Shown one piece after another: positions 40,801 through 51,729 of a stretch of 64,000 nt of DNA. The DNA lies in the NCBI GenBank assembly GCA_964199315.1, contig OZ116699.1, positions 22,444,001 through 22,508,000 of the forward strand, read 5' to 3'. Below the pieces are notes generated by a model. The model was not told the origin of the DNA and did not search any database. It saw only the letters and a program-made list of their open reading frames with translations. Origin of the DNA: Orbicella franksi. Lineage: Eukaryota. Position 1 is the stretch's first letter; every line of letters begins with the position of its first letter. Made by a program: the position numbers and the translations under genes.

Positions 40801-43800
40801 TAGCTATCCTTCCACTACAGGAACAAGCCACTGATAATCAACACTTTGGGCCAAATCATGAGTTGATATATTAACATCCTTACTCATCTTTTTGCCTTAG
40901 AAGAATAAAACAAGTCCTTTGGTTACCGGTCATTTGATTAGCCCCTAGCCAGTTAGCCCCCAACCACAAGTCGATTAGCCCGTTACTCATGCTTAAAGAA
41001 AAAAATATATAGTTTTTTTTATTTCTGGTTGGGGGCTTATTGACTTCTGGTTGGAGTTTAAATGTTTAGGGGCTAATAGACTTGGAGGCTAAATGACTGT
41101 TACAGATCCCTGTGCTTGATGTCTTTTCTCGTTATTCTCGAAAGCCTTAAAGCCTCTCAAAATTGGCCTATTTCAAATGTTGTGGAGGTTCTTTTGACTC
41201 AGGTGTACCCAAGTTAAAGTTAGTAATCTGGATGAATGACCATTTTACCTGCTTACCTCATTACTAGCACTCAACTACGGGTAACATGGCCTCATTTTCC
41301 TTCCCTGGGTCTATTTCATAAATTATCTCCCTCAGCAGATGAGTATATGGCAACCCTATTTTGATATCCAGAAGTATTACAGAGCTTTCTCCCACGACAC
41401 AAATAAAACTGATGCTTATCACCAGTACAAATTATGCCAAAGCATGTGAGCAGAAGCTGCTTTCTTTATTTTCACGGGTAAATAACTTGTAAATGAAATA
41501 CCTCAACTTAATAAAGGTTCACATTGAGTCTGTGCCTAGCAAACCGTCCATTTTGGACATTCCCATATGCAGAAGCAGAAAAATGATTTCAAATTGGCGA
41601 GTTCACATTAGTACTGAACAGTAAGGGATGGAGGTTTCAAAACCTTTATAATTTTATCACTGCATTATCGAGACACGCAAACTGGTAGCTATTTTCAATG
41701 TTGTTGACTGATCTGCAACTGCCTTCAAGTTTCATGATTTAATTAAATTACTCGAAAGAAAGTCTTCAGACTCAACACATTACAGGAAAATCATAAAGTA
41801 AATGCAGTCTTTCATAAGAAAGTAAGTTAAGACGAAAAAAACTTTAGACAGAAAAGCTTGTTTACTGTAGTCAATGTAAGCTCAACTCTGAACAGTTGAG
41901 AAATATTTTAGACTTACTTTCGGAGTCTTCGCGATATATAACGGCAGACATGAAACAGTTCGACATCGGTATTTTCCATAGAAATTTGGGAAGAATAATT
42001 GGTCGGTGTGATGATGGGAAGTAATGAACCTTGAAATTTCCACAGCAAAATAAAAACTTCAGCTTCGTTTTCTTCCTGAGACGGAGAAACCTCTCCAGGC
42101 AACCAAGAATGCAACCACGCTCGCCAGGAAAATAGCACAAAGCTGGTCCTGGATTCCCCCTTAGTCCTGATTGTCTCAGAGCTGTCGTTAAAAATTGCTA
42201 ACAGCGAATAAAAAGTTATCGAATCGAAGGCAAACCCTGAACAAAAATGGCGGCGAAACATGTTTCGGTTTCCTCGTGTTATTTTCGCGTTATGCGCATG
42301 CTCGTTACAGTTCTCAAATGATTGACAGATTTCTTTACTGGGGCGATCATAGAAACCAGAAAAGCGGCGAGATCAAAGGTAGCTGCCAGCCCCCCCTGGT
42401 AGCATCAGTTAAACATCAATAGTCTCTTAATGCTGTTTGTGTTTGAAGCAAATCTTTTTATCTGTAGGCAGTGGATGTATGTTTGGGGAGGACAAGAGCT
42501 ATTTTTGAAGTTCCCTTCATGTAGATTCAAGGGTCTTCTTTAGAAGGAAGGGGACTTGTTTTTGTAGGGCCAATTTTTTTGCCATGGTGGTCTCGGCCCT
42601 TTTCTGTTACGATGGTTACAGAGATTTGTATGTACACCTTAACAGATGAAATACTTGAACCAGGGAGTTTCAAAATGTCCTGTCAGTGGGGAACAGGAGT
42701 GATTACCATTCAGTCAGTTGTTGGTTCTCATCCTTGGGCTGTCTGTGGGTTCTCTGGTTTTCCTCTCTCCAAACCAACACATCAAATTCTAATATTTCAG
42801 TCTCTCAACTGTTATGTGTCCACAATTAGTAGGCCTTGTAGGCCTGCTAGACGCTAAGGACACATTAGTAGCATTACTTATTTTGAAAGTTATTTAGTTA
42901 CAAATTCAGTTTTTAGTTACAATTTTGATCTTGGACATCTTCTTTCATTCACCAATGGCAAGTTAATTAGTGCCTTGGCTTCAGATGAGTGGTACAGCCT
43001 ATGATTGTTTATAACTTACAAGAATTTTTCTCTTGATCTGACAGCATTGGGTTTGAGAGCATCATGAAGATGAACCTGTCTGAAGAGCGGCTGATTGTTG
43101 TTTTGAAAAAAGCATCGGAGAACAGCAAGTTAAACTTTGTCCACTTCTTCCTTGCCAGTGGTGACGCTGCAAAGGCAATCCATAAGGCTGTCATGGAGCA
43201 CCAGCTGTTTTTCTACTCAAGTAAAGTGCGGCAATCAGTTCTCAATCACTACTTACTTTCCACTCCTTGTTGGGCCCTACCAGCCAAGTGGTTCACCAAG
43301 ACACCGTCGTGTGAACTGTACCACTTAGATGTCAAGCATACTAGGCGTCAGGCCTATGACCTTCACTATGAACATGTCCATGAGAATATTGACACTGTGT
43401 TCAGACAGGAGTGGGTGTCAAAATGTTCCAAGTGTAACTCTGCAGAAGCAAATACACTGTTCACACCTTGTGGCCACTTGGTTTTCTGTGGAGACTGCAC
43501 TGAGGATGGAACTGTGTGCCCAGTGTGTAACTGTGCTGTGACAAGCTGGCAAAGAGTTTATTTTTGTAATGATTCAGAATGTGATGACTGGACTTGCCAG
43601 ATTTGCATGGACTCTGAAATTAACACAGCATTTTCTCCTTGTGGACATGTGTGTTCCTGTGAGAGCTGTTCACGCCATCTTCCCTACTGTCCCATGTGCA
43701 AGACATTTATTACTTTTGTTCAGAGAATTCATGTCCAGTTCCCAGAACATCCTGGTGAAAGTGATAATGATGATGATGATGATGGAAACGATTCATCTTG

Positions 43801-43801
43801 A
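37809..43801 (+). CDS. MYLIP: FERM-RING E3 ubiquitin ligase MYLIP/IDOL-like, 4 coding exons, 474 aa, with two tandem RINGs
   Basis: Exons 37809-37895, 38000-38196, 38419-38802 and 43045-43801 are all GT-AG with consistent phases 0, 2, 2. FERM motifs VCEKLGI..YFGL, WLNLRN, RLEVKFFV, AVQLCALMAQVEYGD and AAKAIHKAVMEHQLFFY parallel human MYLIP. The C-terminal RING is CQICMDSEINTAFSPCGHVCSCESC...CPMC. Confidence 0.93.
39300..39545 (+). mobile_element. tRNA-derived SINE in MYLIP intron 3
   Basis: A-box-like tggcgcagtggtgag and B-box-like ggtttgattcc, followed by gttgagtttgttgctggttct...ctccaaattccaa...aaaaccagctaaggctgatttggcttcctctct, which is typical of an abundant anthozoan SINE. Confidence 0.75.
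39870..42398. mobile_element. Non-autonomous cut-and-paste DNA transposon (8-bp TSD, hAT- or P-type), 2529 bp
   Basis: Perfect TSD GTAGCATC at 39862-39869 and 42399-42406. Perfect 10-bp TIR cagggggggc / gccccccctg. A 28-bp subterminal inverted repeat gtttctatgatcgccccagttaagaaat / atttctttactggggcgatcatagaaac. No intact transposase ORF. Confidence 0.88.
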
Positions 43802-46454
43802 GGTTGACTTATACATGACTTTGTTAAATTGTTTTAGTGACGTGAACTTTTGTGGGAAATAAGGAAAATAGATATTAGTGATTGATTGATTGATTGATTG
43901 AGAGAATTACTGATTGATCATAATTTAACTTATTTTGTATGGGTGACATTACATTTTGAGCATTTGTTTGAGTCATTTGTCCAAGCCATCACTTTCTTTC
44001 AGTTCAAATATGATGATTGTGTTACTTTATTGTCACTTGCAAACTTATCTTTATTTTTGTACCCCTTAAAACTGGATACTCATTCATGCAATTAATTATT
44101 GTTGTTCAGAAACATTTATTTATTTTACTAAGAGAATATATTTAATATATCACAGTCAACCTAATCAACTTTTAAGATCTTTAATTTTGTAGGTTTCCAT
44201 TTCATTTTGATTACTTTTTAGACATGGCATTACTTAATTAAGTCACCGGTGTACAGGTTTAACTTAAAAAGTGGGGGAAAAAAACAAAAAAGTCATTTCT
44301 CATTATAGGCAGGATGTACCATACGGTTTTGATTTTTGCAACTATACCTAAATCCAGTTAATGTCTACATGGTTGTGTGATGGTTTCAAAATCCATATTA
44401 ATATATTTGTGATCAGTTAGTTTTTGGTTTCAACTATTTGTGGATCATTTCCATGCATTTAAGCTCCCTTATGTCCAAATATTATATCCCTAGCCAATTT
44501 ACAGGGATAAACTGAAACAAAAGTTAACTTACCCAAAGAAAATTGAAATCAAAAATTAACTACAACATAGACATATTTGTAGTGGAAACAGGTCTAAGTG
44601 GAGTCAAATCTGGTCTAATTGCAAGCTAAATAAGAGGACTGTGAATTGGGAATCCTAAATTTTACTTGATTGCAAGCAAGGATGCAGAATTGGACCTGCT
44701 AGCAACAAATCAAAACTATACCTCTATAGCTGTAAATTTAATTTGACAAAACTGTTGATTAAACCCCTTGATAAACGAAAATTATAACAGTTGAGTTCGT
44801 TTTTAACCAAGATACATAAGAAAAGTATTCATTCAAGTCGTAATGTCCAAATTACTCTGCCACTTTTCCACACTGCTTATTTTGGCTTAATATGGACCTA
44901 CTGATAATAATATTATTGAATTTGATTTTTATTTGATAGTAATAGTTTTGCTGAAGTTCTGAATGTAATTGCCCCTTTTGACATCGAGATCTATTGAGTA
45001 ATATATATAGTATCTATTTATTTTTAATCTAGTTTAAGGTTTAGGACACAACTTTGCGCTTTGAAAAAAAGTGATAACTATTTATAGATGAACAGATTCT
45101 TGAAACTGTGTAAGGGTTTGGTTGCAAGGGCTAGAACCTAGTGAACCTCGTTGTAAAGAATGTCAAGATTATAAAATTAATATAATTATCAAGATATTGT
45201 AAATGATGTGAGTCTGTATTGTACATTAATTTTGTTTCCTTTTAGCAGAGAAAACAGTTACTTCATCTTTTTTCCCATGGAAAAGTGCGATAAGTTAAAG
45301 AAAAATAAAGTTCTAAAACGTTGATAAAAAGAGTACTTATTCAAGGATATTTGTTTTAAAATGTAGTCTTTTTGTTGTTCTATTATTTTGTGGATTGTCA
45401 GTGACTTGGGTTTACTAGTATGTGCTGGACATAATATAACTCTAGCTCTATTGTCGAGCGTGAAAGTGGAAGAATCGAACAAAAGGAACAATTTATTTAA
45501 TCACCAAATTCGGAAGATAGAGAAATATGGTTTAAGAGCTAGATGAAGCTGGCAGGATTTTGTCTGAAAAAGTGCTCTTTTTCAGCGGCATATCGTTGAA
45601 CACCGGAAGGAACTACAACCAACTCAAACGAGGGTGGGCGAGGGGTTCAAAAAGAGCAGAAACAGTGCCACAAGTGACTAACAGAAACGATTGGGTAAGT
45701 AAAATGAGAGTTTGACAGACCCTCTCCCACAAATAACGGAAAGGGGCATTCATAGGCTGAATATAGAAAACGTCGGTCTTCGATTTTCTAGTCTGCGTAG
45801 CAAGGTTCCCGTATGAAGAGCATTCCCGCACTCTGGCAGCGCGTAAACTGGAGCGAGAGCAAAAAATGCGGAAAAGTAAAGCTCTTCGCACAGAAACGCT
45901 GGTTACGTAAGCTACCGATTTTCCTGCACGTAGAAGGATTTCAGAAGTGCTAATTTTCTCTTTCAAGGATAAAGAAACACTTGAAATTCAACGTGCACTT
46001 AGCTAGCCCTATTCTGGACGGTGCTCGGACAGTTTTAGATGATCCTCCGAATTGCGGTCACTTTCACCAACGAGTGTTTAGCCAACGACTCGTTCGCCAA
46101 CGTCTTAGGCCGATTCGTCAGCGTCCTATGTCGCTTCGCCAACGTCCTACTGGTCAATTCGCCAACGTCAGGTATCCTCTTAGTCGGATAAGTGCGGCTT
46201 GGCGCACTGGAGGCCAATGTCGAAGCCTAGATGCAAAAAATGTACCCAGGCGTTGAATAAATCTAAACGGTTTAGCTGTCTTCTGTCTTCAGTAGGAATA
46301 AAAACAGGTTCACTTGACCAGCACTACTCAAATTACTCATATTAGACAGGAAGTTCTGATATAAAATGGAAAGCATATCTTATATTTGTCACCTTTCACT
46401 GGCAAAATTCAAACTTGTACCCTTCCATTCTTGCCGGGGCATTCATGGTTGTTT

Positions 46455-46646
46455 TTATATCTCTCAGTTAGTACGCGCGCTGTGATCGGTCAATTTAGCG
46501 GGCCGTATTCTACTATACGGCCCGCTAAAATTTAAAGCCGTTATCGTTGCCAAAATGTTTCGTGATTTATCACGCTTGGGCCATAAATCGATGGGGGAAA
46601 AACTCGGTCCGTAACTTACAGTACGGCCCGCGAACTCGGTTAGTAA
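46455..46646 (+). mobile_element. Internally deleted copy of the repeat at 59707-60176
   Basis: Both ends match 59707-59823 and about 60103-60176, fused at atttatc|acgcttggg. Confidence 0.8.

Positions 46647-46706
<60 letters not shown>
46647..46706 (+). repeat. (AAT)20 microsatellite
   Basis: Perfect trinucleotide run. Confidence 0.98.
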
Positions 46707-47150
46707 TACAACTGTAAAAATTCTTAGGACAATATATATGTCAGGGAAATACTAACTTACAAACGAATTACAAATTACACTCATTCTTTACAACCCTTAT
46801 AAATTTGTCTATTATCATTTGTCGAAAAATTTAAATAAGAATAGTAAAAAATACTCTACACATTTAAATGGCAAAAAATCTACTTTAAAAATACACTGTA
46901 GCTATATGCAGGTCCACTTCTTGGCTCAGTGTTCGTGGCTTCGGCTAGAGTTCCCCAGAAATAGCATTCTCAATTGCCTTAACGAATATTTGCATGTCCT
47001 TTTTCGATATCTAAATCAATGTCCGATAGTTCTAAGTGGACTCTCCTAGGAGCTCGCGAGCCTCTTAAACAAAGTAATGCTGATCTCAGCAGCGCAAAAG
47101 ATACTCTTGCCCTGATCCATGACATGGTAGTCGCATAACTTTCGCCCTTC
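46707..47150 (-). mobile_element. 5'-truncated CRE-like non-LTR retrotransposon (C-terminus plus 3' UTR)
   Basis: The minus-strand frame 47149-46979 reads KGESYATTMSWIRARVSFALLRSALLCLRGSRAPRRVHLELSDIDLDIEKGHANIR*. The SY..TM.WIR..SFALLRSA..C.RGSR motif is the C-terminus typical of CRE-clade elements. It is flanked on both sides by the AAT microsatellite. Confidence 0.75.

Positions 47151-47151
<1 letters not shown>

Positions 47152-47214
<63 letters not shown>
47152..47214 (+). repeat. (AAT)21 microsatellite
   Basis: Perfect trinucleotide run between the two retroelement fragments. Confidence 0.98.
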
Positions 47215-47861
47215 TAGCCATATTGTAAGTTCGTGCTCGAAACTGGCACAAAAAAAATACAAAAGGAGACATGATAACGTGGCTAGAGCAATCCATTGGG
47301 ACCTGTCAGGAAAATGTGGGTTTGAACGAAAGGAGAGATGGTATGACCATGTTCCAGACAGCGTGCTTGAAAATGAGGATTACAAACTTCTATGGGACTT
47401 CAGTGTGCGAACAGACCATGAAATAGGGGCTAGGAGACCGGATTTGGTGATCATTGACAAGAGAGACAAGAGCTGTCAGATTATAGATGTGGCAATTCCA
47501 GAGGATAATGGGGTGAGAGAGAAGGAAGATGAAAAAGTTGAAAAGTATCAAGATCTAGCAAGAGAAGTTCGAAAAATGTGGGGTGTGAGGACAAAGGTTA
47601 TTCCAGTGGTAGTGGGAGCATTGGGATCAATACCACTGAGATTGAAGGACAATCTGAGAGCCATTGAGGTGGGCATTCCTGTTGGACTGATCCAGAGATG
47701 TGCATTGTTGGGGTCGGCAAGAATTCTTAGAAAGGTGCTGGAGATGTAGAAAGAAGAGAAAAAGTAAACAAGGGGTGTTTCTTGGCTTCCCTAGGCAACT
47801 TGTTGTTGCCCGGAGCCAATGACGAAACCAGCTTCAATATCATCAATAGCTGTGCGAATCT
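47213..47861 (+). mobile_element. 5'-truncated R4/Dong-clade non-LTR retrotransposon (zinc-knuckle end, restriction-like endonuclease, 3' UTR)
   Basis: Open frame 47213-47749: ISHIVSSCSKLAQKKYKRRHDNVARAIHW...LLWDFSVRTD...RRPDLVIID...IIDVAIP...KEDEKVEKYQDL...VIPVVVGALG. This gives the HxxxxC knuckle half, RHD and the PD-(D/E)xK endonuclease motifs. It begins exactly at the microsatellite edge, and the 3' UTR ends at the junction with TTAA/(TAA)n. Confidence 0.9.
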
Positions 47862-47865
47862 TTAA

Positions 47866-50044
47866 AGTGCACCTAACCCCAAAAATTTTTTTCCGCTAGA
47901 ACGAATCTACTTATTATTTGAAATAGTTCTGCGAAAAAATTTTTGGATTCCGTTAAATCCTCGATTTTCTGTGCCACGACGAAATCTCGAAAATAGCTCC
48001 AAAACACCGCCATTTTGTTTCACGACCGAGTTTGAGGAGAATGGGTCCAGCGGCTCTTGTGACGTCTACCCAGGAAGGTTGGATATCTCATTTCCTCTCA
48101 TCTCCTTCAGGATGGTGCAATACACATTCGAAAAGTGCGCAGAAGCGCCTTCCAGAGGTGCTATCGGCTGTTGCAGCAATATTCCAGATTTAAAGAAAGG
48201 TATACTGTACAATTTACTGGCGATGATCGGCTAATGGTGCAATAAAGACGTAAACGATGGTTGATTTTGTCGAACCGACAGGGGCACCCAACGGATCGGT
48301 TCGGTAAATTATCTGTTCGGAAGGCCTTTAATCCCCTCTGATTTTCTTGAGAGAATTGGCACCTCGAACTTTCGTGATATGAGAAATTTAATGTCTGTTG
48401 TTTTCGGACTGTTGAAAATGTCGTTTTGAGTACCGAAAAAAGGTCAGCTATCATTTTCGGAAAGGCGATAAGACCTAAGGTTTTCGGGAAATGGACAAAA
48501 AAGCCCTAATAAATTTGAGAATACTCAAGTTCCCTTAGAATATCCGAACAGATAAAATTTTTTTAGTGCAACCTAAAATTAACCTACAGAGCTTTAAAAG
48601 TACTCCAGATAGCCTAAAACAGCATCTAACAGCATTAGAGAGAAAACGGTCGTTGGGTGCCCCTGAACCGAAACAAGCGAACTGAATCTGTGAGAACCAT
48701 TGAAGAACTCTCACTGGAATTTGTTCCGCAGACTTTCGAACGCTGTTTTCATAAATTTTCTGCTTAAAGCTAACCAGCCATTTGTAGAAATACCACCGAC
48801 AACCTATATCTTCCAATCCCGCAGTATTTATAACATAACCGGCAAAGTTGTGTGATCCGGTCATGATCAAGAAGCGTTATACTGATACGTGAATAGATCG
48901 CAACTGTACGCCGCCAACCAACACTTATTTCTCTTTCGATTTAGATGAAAGTCGAAGATTAATCCTCTAGAATTACATGATAACAAAATTGTTAGACTCA
49001 CAGAGTTTTTCGAAGGTTTGGAAATCAGCAGTGTGACAAAGATTCTGTGCAATAGCGTCGAAAATATGACCGCGTAGCATTATCTGCGGACCGCTTAGGG
49101 AACACATCCTTTTCGCTTATCCGACGAATTTCACTGCAAACTTTGAGAACAATTTACATTGGTTATTTGGAGTTACGACTTAAAACGTGTGACAATGTGA
49201 AATCGGTAATTGTATGAAATGTTTCCTTCCGCCTTGCTTCCCGCAGCTTCAAAAATACAGGTCCAAACAACACGATTTTCAATCGATCGAAGCCAATGTT
49301 TTGGAGGTCATCAAGTCTCGAAAACTGCAACACGTACGTCGCTCTTATAAACATGAAGCATTCAACTGAAAGTAAAACACAAACTGGATTTAACAGAACC
49401 TTGACAAAATACATTCTCGGTAAGGACAAATGTAAACGGGCTATAAACACGCGTGGGAATCTTATATTTAGTTGACGAAATTACCATCCAAAGCAGTCCT
49501 TGAGTTTTCTTTCCTGCTGTTCGTTTGCCTGCTCCTCCACTTCGTATCTAGCTTTCCATTCCTAATATACAAGCAGCTCGTCCGTAAAGACGTCTTCCCC
49601 GTCGTCGCTTGAAATATTGCAAATTGTTCTCAAAGCTCTAAGCAGTGAGTTCACAGTTGTCGAACGTGCTCGATCGACGTTTATTTCGGAGCCTTCCGAA
49701 TCGAAACTTAACTCTGACTCCAGTGACGAAAAAGAAATGATTCTGAGACAAAACTTGGACGTTTTAGTCCCAAAATACATCGGAACGATTAGTTTTGCAT
49801 TCTATTTTCTCGAGCAAATACAGTGAGTTGACTGAGGCGCTATTGTGTGTGGTTCCTGGGTAGACGTCATCAGGTACCGCCGCCCCAGACTCCCTAAAAC
49901 GCGGTCGTGAAACACTTAATCGCGACTTTGAAAGGGCATAGAAAATCGAGGATTCAACCAAATTCAAAAATTTCTTCGCCCAAATGCTTCAAATAAAGTC
50001 TAGATTTGTTTTAGCGAAAAAAAATTTTTGGGGTTAGGTGCACT
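47866..50044. mobile_element. Kolobok-type DNA transposon relic (TTAA TSD), 2179 bp
   Basis: TTAA at 47862-47865 and 50045-50048. TIRs of about 45 bp (agtgcacctaaccccaaaaattttttt(c)cgcta...) with purine-purine termini. A frameshifted THAP relic on + (CCSN...RRKRW/VDFV...CS.DF/ERCF, about 48150-48750). An acidic relic on - (SSDDGEDVFTDELL..*EWKARYE..EQANEQQERKLK, about 49460-49780), in the convergent layout expected for a Kolobok second gene. Confidence 0.82.
48279..48665. mobile_element. MITE nested inside the Kolobok THAP relic
   Basis: TIR caggggcacccaacg / cgttgggtgcccctg with flanking direct repeat AACCGA (48273-48278 and 48666-48671). Removing it restores the THAP frame VDFVEPKQAN. Confidence 0.8.
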
Positions 50045-50841
50045 TTAATAATAATAACATTTCTAAAGCGCCCTTTCCCAAGGGTCCAAAGGCGTTATTT
50101 ACAAGGTTAAAAATTCATGTATGTATTGTTGTCAAACGTCTTTATAAGCACTCAAATGCTTAAATTAAGGGTGTTTCGTTTTTCGTGATAAAAAAACAAA
50201 CGCTATAAAATAACGACATTTCAACCGATCAACGGTCATTTTCAAGTTGGGTAGGTTTCTTTTCACAGGTTGTATTGTTGCTATGGTAACTTGTTACATG
50301 AAAAGGATGATACCTTTATTGTAGGACCATGTGATAATGAGTGGTAGTACTGATCAAAGGATAAGTGATTGAAAAGCTGGAGACGATTGTAAGCCTCTTT
50401 ATTGAATGTAATGTCAATTTAATAGGCAAGATCAAGAGGAAGAAGATAATAACTCTCAAGTGAGGAGCGTTTTAATATCTTTTCCCGTAAGTCCACAAAG
50501 TATGTATACTTTCGTGGAGTCGTGGTTGCTAATCTTATAATTGGCTCAAAGACTATGAAATCAACGTGAATTTTCAAAATCATATACTGTATATATTGTT
50601 CCTGCTTTTAATTTGATAAGTAGATTGAGAGTTTCTTTAATGAGGGACACATATTGACTTAGCTTCATTTGCTATTACATGCTATTATCATAAAGTAATA
50701 ATAATAATTTAATTTCAAAAATTGGCTTACCATTGCCAGGTTGGTTCCCTATAGATAAATCACAGCTCCCTTCACTCAAAAACGCCGGAGTGTGATGCGA
50801 AAACAAGCGCGAAACTAAAAAAAGACGCAACACCTGCCGTG

Positions 50842-50849
50842 TGACGTCA
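50842..50849. promoter_or_regulatory. Canonical palindromic cAMP-response element (TGACGTCA)
   Basis: Exact octamer in a CpG-containing stretch about 410 bp upstream of the ORF at 51262. Function is untested. Confidence 0.3.
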
Positions 50850-51261
50850 GACCCCTTCCGCCACAGGAAGACTTATTTTTGTATTTTCACTGCAACAAAG
50901 TCGTTTGGCTTTTATGTGAAAGCAGTTTTAAACGTAAACAAGCCAGCCTCCGGCCTGGTTCAATTGTTTGCCGAGGAGCATGTCCTGAACCGACGTCTAA
51001 GAAACTGAGTTAAGACCGGATACGAGATCGCCGTTAAAAATGGAAAAGCTGGATGTTCGGCAGCTTCCTGCAACTGTCTTCAACAGTTCAACTGCCGTGT
51101 GACGCATGTCTTTTAAATAAAAAGTATACTTCGGTTGGATCGCCGATGCTCGTTCTTTTTCAAGTTCGTACGATTCTTGGCTGTGTGCGATTTTTAAACA
51201 CAAAACATCGCTTTATCTGTAGTAAGCTTTTCGTGGCATCAAGGCAAACTACAGCGAAAAA

Positions 51262-51729
51262 ATGAGCTCAGAGCAAGCTGATAGCAGCGCCGCGGGAAAC
51301 GAAGTTATAGCTACGGCAAGAATTAAACCAAATAGATACGAAGACTATGGCAACAGTAAAACCGGCAAGCTGGTAAATGCTAATTTGGAAACATCGCCTT
51401 CGCAAGCTCTTGCTAAAAACGCTGTTGGAAAGGCGCTGGATCGAGAAAATCCCCGAGAAAAAGGAGTTAAACTACATATCAAAGAACTAGATGTCCCGGG
51501 CAAAGATAATGGCAATTTGAATTCGGTTTTAACAATGCAAAGACCGAAAAGCGCCGTGTGCGCGGAGCAAGGCAATTTGTGCAGTTTGTTCGGCGTTTCA
51601 CTCAACCATCCGTTAAAGTACAGTCGCAATGCTGTGGACATAAAAGACGTTATGGATAAACACAACGATAAAAGGCGAAGATCTTCTTGTTCCGATCTCA
51701 AGAAGACCTCGAGAGCTTCAGACAACTGA
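51262..51729 (+). CDS. Orphan single-exon ORF, 155 aa, no recognised domain
   Basis: ATG in an AAAAATG context with an in-frame stop upstream. Balanced polar/charged composition (MSSEQADSSAAGNE...KRRRSSCSDLKKTSRASDN). No homology recognised. Confidence 0.35.
   Translation: MSSEQADSSAAGNEVIATARIKPNRYEDYGNSKTGKLVNANLETSPSQALAKNAVGKALDRENPREKGVKLHIKELDVPGKDNGNLNSVLTMQRPKSAVCAEQGNLCSLFGVSLNHPLKYSRNAVDIKDVMDKHNDKRRRSSCSDLKKTSRASDN

Noticed and set aside
50213-50248. Penelope-type hammerhead ribozyme on the minus strand
   Set aside because: Stem II (ACCG/CGGT) and GAAA are present, but the core reads UUGAAAA instead of CUGANGA. At most it is a relic.
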